Origin: a virus
Strand: one strand, 5' to 3'
Virus record (IMG/VR): IMGVR_UViG_3300028115_000009
Span: 1 to 64,000 of that record
Length of the DNA: 64,000 nt
Part shown: piece after piece, positions 29,604 through 38,884 of the stretch
Numbering within the stretch: position 1 is the stretch's first letter
Layout: each line of letters starts with the position of its first letter
Position numbers and translations under genes: made by a program
Notes under the pieces: generated by a model
Seen by the model: the letters and a program-made list of their open reading frames with translations, nothing else
Told to the model about the DNA's origin: nothing
Databases searched by the model: none

Positions 29604-31078
29604 TGCAACATTTTTACGACGGTCAAATCCGCAGATATATTACACAAATAGTTCGCTTGATGAGTAACTTTAGTTACAAAGATGGCAAAGGCAACTTGAC
29701 ACAGATTCCAGTAATGTATGGAGATTTGACCCGTCAAGTTGCTAACATTATTAGAGAAAACAGCGAAAACAAAATTCCAAGTGCGCCTCGCATGGCGGTG
29801 TATATCACTGGTCTGGAACTTGATACTAATCGCCTAAGCGATAGTAGTTATGTTAATAAAATGAACATTAGAGAACGTGCATACGATGCTAATGGTCAAG
29901 AGTATTTAAATACCGAAGGTAAGAATTATACAGTAGAACGTCTAATGCCTACTCCGTATACACTAACAGTAAATGTAGATATATGGAGTTCAAATACAGA
30001 TCAAAAGCTACAAATATTAGAACAAATATTAATGTTGTTTAATCCAAGTTTAGAAATTCAAACAACTGATAACTATGTCGACTGGACAAGTTTAAGTGTA
30101 GTAAATTTAACTGGGACAGTTTTTAGTAGTAGATCGATACCTACAGGAACTGAGAGCGACATTGATATTGCTACATTAACTTTTACAACTCCAATCTATA
30201 TTAGTCCACCTGTTAAAGTTAAACGTCTCGGAGTTGTTACGCAAGTCATTAATAGCATCTTTAACGATACCAGAGGTGAGATTGATCTTGATTTATCACG
30301 AGTAGCAGCAGCTGATATTAGAACTCAAGTAGTAGTTGCAAATACAGGCGAAATACAAGAAAAAATCGACAATGAAGGTACATTTATTAATGGAGTTGAC
30401 ATTGCAATTTCGTCCGGTCATGACAACTACGGATTGCTAGTAATGGGAACAACTGCTAAATTAGTCAGAAAAGGCATAGTAGGCGCAGAAACTTGGCCAG
30501 GGTATTTAACATCTATGCCATTTGTATTTGATGCAGGCGTTACTGAATTAAGACTTAATCGCAGAGATTTAGATAACGAAGTTGTGGGCACTGTTGTAGT
30601 TAATCCATTAGATCCATACGAATTATCAATTGTATGGGACGCTGACACGCTACCTGCAGATACAGTTATTAGTGGCCCGAATGGTGATCGTAACAAAATT
30701 GATTATATTATTAATCCGTATAAAACTAATCCTACAGATTTAAAATCAAGTAATCCTCGTATATTAATACTTCTTGATATTAATAATAGTGAAAACGTCG
30801 GGCAAGATGCAGGGTACGAAACCCCTGATAATTTTGCATACGACGGACCAGATGCTTGGAAAAATGCAGACGGTTCTGATTTTGTAGCAGGCGCTAACGA
30901 CATTATTGAATGGGATGGCACTAACTGGATTGTAGTATTTGATGCTAGCGCTCAAGACGACACAGTTATATATACTTCTAATCTTAATACTGGCAAACAA
31001 TATAAATTTGAAAACGGCGAATGGATATTAGCATACGACGGTGAATATCCAAACGGCACTTGGAGACTCGCATACTAA
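29603..31078 (+). CDS. gp15: Tail terminator/sheath stabiliser gp15-like with a C-terminal extension
   Basis: HFYDGQIRRYITQ, IPVMYG, PRMAV, MPTPY and QILEQILMLFNP. Confidence 0.85.
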   Translation: MQHFYDGQIRRYITQIVRLMSNFSYKDGKGNLTQIPVMYGDLTRQVANIIRENSENKIPSAPRMAVYITGLELDTNRLSDSSYVNKMNIRERAYDANGQEYLNTEGKNYTVERLMPTPYTLTVNVDIWSSNTDQKLQILEQILMLFNPSLEIQTTDNYVDWTSLSVVNLTGTVFSSRSIPTGTESDIDIATLTFTTPIYISPPVKVKRLGVVTQVINSIFNDTRGEIDLDLSRVAAADIRTQVVVANTGEIQEKIDNEGTFINGVDIAISSGHDNYGLLVMGTTAKLVRKGIVGAETWPGYLTSMPFVFDAGVTELRLNRRDLDNEVVGTVVVNPLDPYELSIVWDADTLPADTVISGPNGDRNKIDYIINPYKTNPTDLKSSNPRILILLDINNSENVGQDAGYETPDNFAYDGPDAWKNADGSDFVAGANDIIEWDGTNWIVVFDASAQDDTVIYTSNLNTGKQYKFENGEWILAYDGEYPNGTWRLAY

Positions 31079-31091
31079 GATAATTATTAGT

Positions 31092-31532
31092 ATGAAGACT
31101 GATAAGATTATTTGCAGTGGTGCAATCGTATATGCCCTTAATACTAAACGTTTTTTATTCTTACATAGGGTAAAAGGACGCTCTGGTAATTTGTGGGGGC
31201 TTGTCGGTGGCACTAATGAAGGATGCGAATCACCATGGGAAGGTCTTAAACGTGAGATCTTTGAAGAGATTGGTGAAATCTCTATTATAAAAACAATGCC
31301 GTTAGAAACGTTTATTAGTAATGATAGCCGATTCCATTTTCATACATACCTAAGTGTAGTCGATCAAGAGTTTATGCCTTTGCTCAACGAAGAGCATGAC
31401 GGGTATGCATGGGTTGAATTCGGTAAATGGCCAAAACCTTTACACCACGGACTAAAAAACACACTTCAAAATAAAGTTAATTTAAGCAAATTAGAAACAG
31501 TGTTTAAAGTAATTGATTTACTTGACAAATAA
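31092..31532 (+). CDS. NUDIX hydrolase
   Basis: Nudix box GGTNEGCESPWEGLKREIFEEIG and LNEEHDGYAW; start at 31092. Confidence 0.88.
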   Translation: MKTDKIICSGAIVYALNTKRFLFLHRVKGRSGNLWGLVGGTNEGCESPWEGLKREIFEEIGEISIIKTMPLETFISNDSRFHFHTYLSVVDQEFMPLLNEEHDGYAWVEFGKWPKPLHHGLKNTLQNKVNLSKLETVFKVIDLLDK

Positions 31533-31550
31533 CTTAAGAGATAGTATAAT
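31522..31550 (+). promoter_or_regulatory. Perfect-consensus sigma70 promoter for the heptose operon (probably leaderless)
   Basis: TTGACA (31522-31527), 17-nt spacer, TATAAT (31545-31550); ATG at 31557 with no SD. Confidence 0.85.
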
Positions 31551-31556
31551 TTAAAC

Positions 31557-32699
31557 ATGAAAGTTTTAGTTCTTGGTGATATAATCATCGACAAATACAT
31601 CTACGGAACCAGCACAAGATTAAGTCCAGAGGCTCCTGTCCCTGTAGTTAAGTATCTGCGTGAAGTTGAAACAATAGGCGGCGCAGGTCTAGTATATGAA
31701 AATCTTAAAAGTTTAGGTGTTGATGTTGAACTGTTTAAAACAGATAATGCTAGCAGTATCAAAACTAGAGTAATTTGCGACGGTCATTATATCACACGCA
31801 TTGATGATGACAAACACGCCAACGGCAATGTAGTGCTAGACACTATACGAGCAACTGATTTCTCGCAGTACAACTATGTTATTCTCAGTGACTATAACAA
31901 AGGTGTGTTAGATCGTTCTTTAGAAATTATAGAACATCTTAATAGTTTTGGCTGTAAAGTTATTGTAGATCCTAAACGTCATTCTAGTTATTATAAAGGC
32001 GCATGGTTAGTTAAACCTAATAACAAAGAATATCGTGAGTTAGGATTTGATACTTGGCTAGGTAACATTATTACAACTCACGCACATGACGCAGTACATG
32101 CTAAGATTGACAATGCTGATTATACCGCAATTGTAGATCAAGTCGAAGTATCAGATGTTACTGGAGCAGGTGATTGTTTCTTAGCAGCATTTGTATACGG
32201 TATTGACATTGGAAAAAATTACGCAACTTGTTTGCAAATGGCTGTTGACGCAGCAACTGAAAGTGTAAAACATGCAGGTACATATGTCTTAAGTAAAAAA
32301 GATTTTGAACAATCTATAGTGTTTACTAATGGCGTATTTGATATACTACACAAAGGACATTTTGAACTATTAAAACAAGCTCGCAGTTTAGGTACTAAAC
32401 TTGTAGTAGGTATTAACAGTGACGCAAGTGTTAAAAGGCTTAAAGGCGACAGTCGACCGATTAATGATGAACAAACTAGAATAGAGCAACTTGAAGCATT
32501 GCCTTGGGTAGATGAAGTGTTTGTGTTTAACGACGACACTCCGTATAACTTAATTAAAAGATTAAACCCTGCTCTTATTGTTAAGGGCGGAGATTATACT
32601 GTAGAAACTGTAGTAGGGCATGACTTAGCACCTGTGCATATTGTGCCTACAGTAGAAGGTTACAGTACAACAAGAATTATAGAGGCAAGCAATGCATAA
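31557..32699 (+). CDS. hldE: Bifunctional heptose-7-phosphate kinase / heptose-1-phosphate adenylyltransferase (HldE/RfaE)
   Basis: GDIIIDKY..RLSPEAPVPV, SDYNKG, DVTGAGD; then FTNGVFDILHKGH, NSDASVKRLKGDSRPIN, KGGDY and GYSTT. Confidence 0.92.
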   Translation: MKVLVLGDIIIDKYIYGTSTRLSPEAPVPVVKYLREVETIGGAGLVYENLKSLGVDVELFKTDNASSIKTRVICDGHYITRIDDDKHANGNVVLDTIRATDFSQYNYVILSDYNKGVLDRSLEIIEHLNSFGCKVIVDPKRHSSYYKGAWLVKPNNKEYRELGFDTWLGNIITTHAHDAVHAKIDNADYTAIVDQVEVSDVTGAGDCFLAAFVYGIDIGKNYATCLQMAVDAATESVKHAGTYVLSKKDFEQSIVFTNGVFDILHKGHFELLKQARSLGTKLVVGINSDASVKRLKGDSRPINDEQTRIEQLEALPWVDEVFVFNDDTPYNLIKRLNPALIVKGGDYTVETVVGHDLAPVHIVPTVEGYSTTRIIEASNA

Positions 32700-34128
32700 C
32701 ACAGTAAACAATATAACAATAGTAGGTGGCGGAACAAGTGGATGGCTAACTGCTGCTTATCTTTTAAAGAATACAGCCTGTAATATAACTGTTGTTGACA
32801 AAGAAGTTGGAACGCCTGTTGGAGTTGGAGAAGGCACGTTATTAGGTTTTAAACATTTCTTAGCAGAATGCGGATTTAAACAAGAAGAATGGTTTGATGC
32901 TATCGATGCAACATACAAAGCAGGCATTTTGTTCCCTCAATTTAATGGCGATAAAAACTTAGTATGGCATCCGTTTACATTAAATATGGATTATAGCAAA
33001 TACGATGCCAATGTCTACGAAGCGTTAACATATATTGAACAAGAAAAAATTAACGAATTAATGATGTTTTTTAATATAAGTTTAGAAAACAAAGTAGACA
33101 TTAATAATTTGAATTCTGCATATGCAATGCACATCGATTGCAGTAAGTTAGTTATTTGGTTACAAGAAAAAATATTATCACGTATTACTTTAATTAAATC
33201 TGAAGTAGTTGCTATTAATCGTACAGACAATATCATTAATCATCTTACTCTTAAAAACGGTGATACAATTAATTCTGACTTGTTTGTAGATTGTACAGGA
33301 TTTAATCAAGTACTACAACATAGTCCACAACGAACCGATCTTACTAATAGACTGTTTTGTGACACTGCTGTAGCCGGTCATGTTCCTTACATAGATGCAG
33401 AAGTCGAATGTATGCCTTATGTAGAATGTCCAGCAGTCGACCATGGATGGATTTGGAAAATTCCTGTCCGATCGCGAACAGGAACTGGTTTAGTGTTCAA
33501 TAGAAGTATAACAAGCATTGACGAGGCGAAACAATATCTATGCAAGCATTGGAATGATAGAATCACTCCAGATGATTTAAAAGTAATAGACTGGACCCCG
33601 TATTATAACAAAAATATGTGGGACGGTAATGTTGTTGCTATAGGCCTAAGTGGCGGATTTATTGAACCGTTAGAATCTACTGGTATAGGATCTATTACTA
33701 ATGCTATTGTATATTTGACGCATAGTATTAATACAGGATATTATAATGAATATGATATCGAAATATTTAATAGTACAATGAATGCGCTATATGAAGACAC
33801 TATTGATTTTGTTAATATGCATTACATTTATACAGATAAAAATACACCTTTTTGGAATCATGTTAAAGAAAATATCATTCCGTCAGAAACATATTTGTAT
33901 TACAAAAATATAATAGAAGCCGGAACACCTATTAACTATAACGGAAAGGGTTATTTGTTTGGCGGCGCAAATTGGATTTGTTGGCTGCTGCAATTTGAAA
34001 AGAATATAGGAAAAAATAAAAACATCGATGATGATATTGCAAATGAAATATTATCAAATTGGAGCGAGACTATTTCCGACGTTGATAATAGTCAATATAT
34101 TATTTCTCACTTACAGGCAATTAAATGA
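32692..34128 (+). CDS. Flavin-dependent (tryptophan) halogenase-like protein
   Basis: GGGTSG, GVGEGT, DATYK (catalytic Lys position), FVDCTGF, GWIWKIP and FIEPLESTG. Confidence 0.85.
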   Translation: MHNTVNNITIVGGGTSGWLTAAYLLKNTACNITVVDKEVGTPVGVGEGTLLGFKHFLAECGFKQEEWFDAIDATYKAGILFPQFNGDKNLVWHPFTLNMDYSKYDANVYEALTYIEQEKINELMMFFNISLENKVDINNLNSAYAMHIDCSKLVIWLQEKILSRITLIKSEVVAINRTDNIINHLTLKNGDTINSDLFVDCTGFNQVLQHSPQRTDLTNRLFCDTAVAGHVPYIDAEVECMPYVECPAVDHGWIWKIPVRSRTGTGLVFNRSITSIDEAKQYLCKHWNDRITPDDLKVIDWTPYYNKNMWDGNVVAIGLSGGFIEPLESTGIGSITNAIVYLTHSINTGYYNEYDIEIFNSTMNALYEDTIDFVNMHYIYTDKNTPFWNHVKENIIPSETYLYYKNIIEAGTPINYNGKGYLFGGANWICWLLQFEKNIGKNKNIDDDIANEILSNWSETISDVDNSQYIISHLQAIK

Positions 34129-34934
34129 AAATATTAATAACAGGTCACGAAGGATTTATTGGTAAAAATTTAGCGCCATTTCTTGACAAAGATAATGAGT
34201 TATTCGGATATGAATGGAATCCAGCCGCGTTGCCTGATGTATCTCAATATGATTGGGTTATACATTTAGGAGCAATTAGTGCAACTACTGAACGCGACAT
34301 AGATAAAGTAATGTTGCAAAATTATGAATTTTCAAAGTGGTTGTTTAATGAGTGTAACACCAACGGAGTAAATCTACAATACGCTTCGAGCGCAAGTGTA
34401 TACGGCTCTAACACTGATTTTAGAGAAGACGCACCAAAGCAGCCCCAGAGCTATTATGCAACAAGCAAGTACTTGTTTGACCGTTGGGTTATGCAACAAA
34501 AGCACGACATTATAGTACAAGGATTTCGTTACTTTAATGTATACGGACCGTATGAAGATCACAAAGGAAATCAAGCAAGCCCTATAACCAAGTTCTTTAA
34601 ACAAGCAAAAGAAGAAGGCGTTATTACACTGTTTGAAAATAGTGACAAGTATCTAAGAGACTTTATATATGTAGGTGATTGTTGTAACATACATCGTTAC
34701 ATGCTCACAACATCTGAGAAAGGTATATTTAATATCGGTACCGGAGTTGCAACAAGTTTTCAAACTATTGCAGAATTAGTTGCAAAACGATTTAAAGCTA
34801 AGATTGAATATATTCCAATGCCTGATAATCTTAAAGGACAATATCAAGAATACACATGTGCAAACATAGAACGTTTAAGTAATATAGTAAACATTAACTT
34901 CACAACACCAAAGGATTTTATAAATGGAAAATAA
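34125..34934 (+). CDS. hldD: ADP-L-glycero-D-manno-heptose 6-epimerase (HldD/RfaD)
   Basis: ITGHEGFIG, HLGAISATTE, YASSASVYG, YATSK, RYFNVYGPYEDHKG and YQEYTCA. Confidence 0.88.
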   Translation: MKILITGHEGFIGKNLAPFLDKDNELFGYEWNPAALPDVSQYDWVIHLGAISATTERDIDKVMLQNYEFSKWLFNECNTNGVNLQYASSASVYGSNTDFREDAPKQPQSYYATSKYLFDRWVMQQKHDIIVQGFRYFNVYGPYEDHKGNQASPITKFFKQAKEEGVITLFENSDKYLRDFIYVGDCCNIHRYMLTTSEKGIFNIGTGVATSFQTIAELVAKRFKAKIEYIPMPDNLKGQYQEYTCANIERLSNIVNINFTTPKDFINGK

Positions 34935-35316
34935 ACAGCCAACACGGTTAAGCGGCGCAGTACAAAAAGGCTGGGGCTACGAATTAATTTGGGCTACTAA
35001 CGACAAGTACTGTGGAAAGATTATGTTTTTTAATAAAGAAGGCATGAAGACCAGCATGCATTTTCACAAAGAAAAAGACGAAACATGGTTTATAAATAGC
35101 GGAAAATTTAAAGTACGTTATATTGATACTGCTGATTCGATGCTATATGAAAAAGAATTAAATGAAGGCGATGTTTGGCATAACCCGCCATTAATGCCGC
35201 ACCAATTAGTAGCAATGCAAGATGAATCGAGTCTAACCGAAGTGAGTACTCCAGATAGCGTAGAAGATAATTTTCGTATCGGCCCAGGAGACAGCCAGAC
35301 TGCGAGTAGCAAATGA
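34924..35316 (+). CDS. Cupin sugar-isomerase-like protein
   Basis: KGWGYELIW, SMHFHKEKDETW, PHQL and EVSTPD. Confidence 0.75.
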   Translation: MENKQPTRLSGAVQKGWGYELIWATNDKYCGKIMFFNKEGMKTSMHFHKEKDETWFINSGKFKVRYIDTADSMLYEKELNEGDVWHNPPLMPHQLVAMQDESSLTEVSTPDSVEDNFRIGPGDSQTASSK

Positions 35317-35960
35317 GTAATTATAACATAGTATGGAGCAACGAAGTTAAGAAACAAGAGTATGTTCCTGTATATGACAATATACATAACATTGCTCCTA
35401 AGTGTGTTGTAGGGTTAGATCGAGACGGTGTAATTAATGTCGACAGAGGTACTTACACGTATCGTCCTGAAGATTTCAAACCTATAGACGGTAGCTTAGA
35501 AGCAATTGCTAAACTAAGACGAATGGGTCACAAAATTGCCATTATTACAAATCAAGGCGGAATTGGTAAAGGGCTATACACAGAGTCAGATGTTGACAAA
35601 GTTCATGAGTATATGTTTCAATTGTTAGGCGAAGCAGGTTGTCCAAGTATTGATGCATTATACTATAGCACTACAAGTTTGCGAGAAGACAATTTTGCAA
35701 AACCCAATACTGGAATGTTCAAACGATGCCAGGACGAGTTCAAATACATTAAATTCAAACACGGATACTTTGTAGGCGATAAAATATCCGATCTTAAAGC
35801 TGCATTTAAAATGAGCGCAGTACCAGTCCTTGTACGCACAGGACACGGTGAAGAAACTATCAAAGAACTAAACAAATTCAGTAATCAAAAGATAAAGAAA
35901 AAGACCATCATTTTTGACGATCTTTCTCAGTTTGTTGATTGGTTGGAAAAGAAAAATTAA
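35313..35960 (+). CDS. gmhB: D-glycero-D-manno-heptose 1,7-bisphosphate phosphatase (GmhB, HAD family)
   Basis: LDRDGVIN, ITNQGGIG, KPNTGM, VGDKISDLKAA and LVRTGHG. Confidence 0.88.
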   Translation: MSNYNIVWSNEVKKQEYVPVYDNIHNIAPKCVVGLDRDGVINVDRGTYTYRPEDFKPIDGSLEAIAKLRRMGHKIAIITNQGGIGKGLYTESDVDKVHEYMFQLLGEAGCPSIDALYYSTTSLREDNFAKPNTGMFKRCQDEFKYIKFKHGYFVGDKISDLKAAFKMSAVPVLVRTGHGEETIKELNKFSNQKIKKKTIIFDDLSQFVDWLEKKN

Positions 35961-36532
35961 AAAGTTATTGCAAAGTTTGCACTAATTGTAACTCTTGTAG
36001 CTTGGGTTTGATTATACGTTACATAATGATCCAAGCTACTCGGAAACAATACAACACTTCCTTCTGTCATTTCTGGCACATACTTGTTACCATATATTTC
36101 TGTTTGTAAATTAACCTTTTGAAAAAAGTCATTGCTTGATTTATAGAAAACAAAATCACCACTATTTTCTGGTTTTTCTAACATATACGCACAACTAATA
36201 ACATTTGATCCATTAGAGTGGGCATGCACTTCTTGATGTTGTCCATAGTTGTATCTATTCATCCAAGCCTGGCATCCAATGGAATATTGTCCTATTCCGC
36301 CAATGTCGTTTACATATTTTTCAACTAACGGTAACACACTATTAAAAAACTTATCCCACGGCATTCCTGCAATCGGTTCGTTGCCAAATGTAGAATCTGC
36401 ATTGCAACTCCATCCTACAGGAGTTGCAAAATTAGCATCGTCTACCGAAAATGGAAGAAAGGCTTCTTTAAGCCTTTCGTGGTCTGGCATCTTGCATTCG
36501 TAAATTGGAGTTGAGAAGATCTCATTAATCAT
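35957..36532 (-). CDS. 2OG-Fe(II) oxygenase-like protein (TIGR02466-like)
   Basis: WMNRY..HQEVHAH, ISCAYML, EGSVVLFPSSLDHYV and RVTISANF. Confidence 0.8.
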   Translation of the reverse strand: MINEIFSTPIYECKMPDHERLKEAFLPFSVDDANFATPVGWSCNADSTFGNEPIAGMPWDKFFNSVLPLVEKYVNDIGGIGQYSIGCQAWMNRYNYGQHQEVHAHSNGSNVISCAYMLEKPENSGDFVFYKSSNDFFQKVNLQTEIYGNKYVPEMTEGSVVLFPSSLDHYVTYNQTQATRVTISANFAITF

Positions 36533-38345
36533 TTTTAATAGTTACCAGTTTGTTATACTCAGGTAGATACAAATATTCAATATCGCTACTTGCTAATGTT
36601 CTAAATGCATCATCTAATGTCTCAACTAATGGCTCGCCTCCTAAGTTAAAACTTGTATTAAATACAATCGGTACTCCTGTTTGCTTATAAAGTTCTTTAA
36701 TCAAATCGTAGTAATGCGGATTTTGTTCACGCTTGACTGTTTGGATACGACATGTACCGTCTACGTGAATAATGCTTGGAATTTTTTCTGCAATACCTTC
36801 TTGACAATTCATAGCATACATCATATGCGGAGATTCTTCTAGGCCGCGCATATCAAACCATTCATGTGCATGCTCATGCAAAATAGATCCTGCAAACGGA
36901 CGGAAGTACTCTCTACGTTTAACTTTATTAACAAAGTCTTTACCATTAGGATCAGTTGGGTCATACATGATACTTCTATTTCCTAATGCACGAGGACCAT
37001 TTTCTGATTTACCTTGGAACAAAGTAACAATATTTCTTTCACCGTTTGTTTTACCAGTCATAAGATTAATGACTTCTGTGTTAGTAATATCAGATAATTC
37101 TGCATTATATTTTTCTGCTAACGTATTAATTTCTTCGTCAGTATAGTTGTATTGCGGGCCTAAATATAAGCTGTCTGCAAATGCTCGCTGAGTGTCATCG
37201 TTAGTTAACATATGATAGCCAAATAATGCTGCGCCAATGCACGTACCTGCATCGCTACTTATTGGTTCAACATAAAAGTTTATGCCTTCGCCTTCTAATT
37301 CTTTTAAGTACCAGTAGTTAGCAACACAATTTAAGCCATAACCTCCGCTTAATACAATGTTTTTAATTCCTGTATCTGCAACTGCTTTTCGAATTAAACG
37401 CAGTACTTCTGATTGACTTTGTGTTTGTACTGCGTATGCCATATCACGACGATTCTGCAAATACGTTAATTCGTCTTTGTCTTGAATGTCAGTAGGTGTA
37501 AGTAGATATTCGTAACGACCTTCGTTAATAACAGCGCCGTTTGGATATGTAGGAATAACTAAATTCCTATCAGTTGTACGCCACATGCCGCCATTGCCGT
37601 CTGAGTAAATAGCAGGAACATTGTCGTTTTTCTCTCCGTACGGGAACAGTCCCATAGTCTTACCAGCCTCAATCGGCGACCAACCGCAGTATTGCGTAAC
37701 CGCTTCATATGCCTTTGTAATGCCTGCTGTGTCGTCTATTATTAACTCGTGAGTTTCGCCAGTTTCGCCAAAATTATCACTTGGCATATCTTCAATATGT
37801 GCAGCAGGCCAAGGGCCTCTTCCTCCTTGATGTTTATACACTGTTTTAAAATTAGCAGGGTATCTACAAGTAAAGATAGATTCTAATTCCCAGGTCATTT
37901 CAGTAGTTTCACCCATTTGCATAGGAATAAATGTTCCTGCACCATCTACAATAAGTGCCACTGCATTATCAAAACCTGATCTATAAAATGCACATGCTGC
38001 ATGAAGTTTATGATGCATGTGTGCTAAATCAATTACTTGTGGATGATTATATGGATCTTCTGTTCGAGAAATTAATCCCAACTTACGAGCTAATCCTGTA
38101 TAAACATCGTCACCTGTAAAATCAACAGTTCCTGCTGTTTCTTTTAAAGGCTGTGTATGTGCGATAAACAAGTAATCTAATTTATCAGTGTAATCTAATA
38201 TTTTAAGCATTGATGCGTAAGGGCCGCCGTCGTACTTATGTCTACTTAATCGTTCTTCTTCGATTGCAAAAACAATTTCGCCATCTTTTAATAAGCAAAC
38301 GCCTGAATTATGGCCCCTTGCTATTGCTGCTATCCACTGTGCCAT
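36525..38345 (-). CDS. O-carbamoyltransferase (NodU/CmcH/TobZ family)
   Basis: EEERLSR, HHKLHA, DGAG, GKTMGL, GGYGLNCVAN, GPRALGNRS, RPFA, HVDGTCRIQTV and NTSFN. Confidence 0.92.
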   Translation of the reverse strand: MAQWIAAIARGHNSGVCLLKDGEIVFAIEEERLSRHKYDGGPYASMLKILDYTDKLDYLFIAHTQPLKETAGTVDFTGDDVYTGLARKLGLISRTEDPYNHPQVIDLAHMHHKLHAACAFYRSGFDNAVALIVDGAGTFIPMQMGETTEMTWELESIFTCRYPANFKTVYKHQGGRGPWPAAHIEDMPSDNFGETGETHELIIDDTAGITKAYEAVTQYCGWSPIEAGKTMGLFPYGEKNDNVPAIYSDGNGGMWRTTDRNLVIPTYPNGAVINEGRYEYLLTPTDIQDKDELTYLQNRRDMAYAVQTQSQSEVLRLIRKAVADTGIKNIVLSGGYGLNCVANYWYLKELEGEGINFYVEPISSDAGTCIGAALFGYHMLTNDDTQRAFADSLYLGPQYNYTDEEINTLAEKYNAELSDITNTEVINLMTGKTNGERNIVTLFQGKSENGPRALGNRSIMYDPTDPNGKDFVNKVKRREYFRPFAGSILHEHAHEWFDMRGLEESPHMMYAMNCQEGIAEKIPSIIHVDGTCRIQTVKREQNPHYYDLIKELYKQTGVPIVFNTSFNLGGEPLVETLDDAFRTLASSDIEYLYLPEYNKLVTIKND

Positions 38346-38353
38346 ATTATCTC

Positions 38354-38884
38354 CTAATTATATTCAAAATCTATTACAAAAACTTTACGTTCGTTAATTG
38401 CAGGATAAGATCCGTGATGTATCCCGCCGTCCATTATTATTACATTGCCTGCTTTTGGTTCCCATTCTTTATATCCAATCGCATTCGACATAGAATATAA
38501 ATTTCCAGCATGTGGCCATTTTCTAATCCATTCATAATCTGATAAAAATAATATTGCACTAAATCTACGACTTTGTATATGTTGATGTGCCACAGAATAC
38601 GATCCTGGCGGATAATCAATCCACCAACTACTTGCATATGTTGCATCTTGTAATGTAGTACTTACACTATTTCTTAGAAAGGTAAGGTAATCTTTGGCAG
38701 GATCAACTTCAGTGGGGTATCCGTAATCCCATTTATAAAACATTGTTGATCCACCACGTTCTAAATGATGCTGACAAGACACATCTTTATTATATAAATT
38801 TAAAAATCTTTCATATTCTGGATAATATGTTTCAGTTATCCAATGAAAATTAGTTTGATCAAAAAAAGGTAAATCTATATTCAT
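38354..38884 (-). CDS. Putative 2OG-Fe(II) oxygenase
   Basis: WWIDYPPGSYSVAHQH, FSAILFL, HHGSYP and RKVFVIDF. Confidence 0.65.
   Translation of the reverse strand: MNIDLPFFDQTNFHWITETYYPEYERFLNLYNKDVSCQHHLERGGSTMFYKWDYGYPTEVDPAKDYLTFLRNSVSTTLQDATYASSWWIDYPPGSYSVAHQHIQSRRFSAILFLSDYEWIRKWPHAGNLYSMSNAIGYKEWEPKAGNVIIMDGGIHHGSYPAINERKVFVIDFEYN

Noticed and set aside
31557-35960. Bacterial LPS locus (host contamination or prophage flank)
   Set aside because: Continuous with T4-like structural genes on both sides, compact overlapping genes, a shortened HldE, and no other cellular housekeeping genes.
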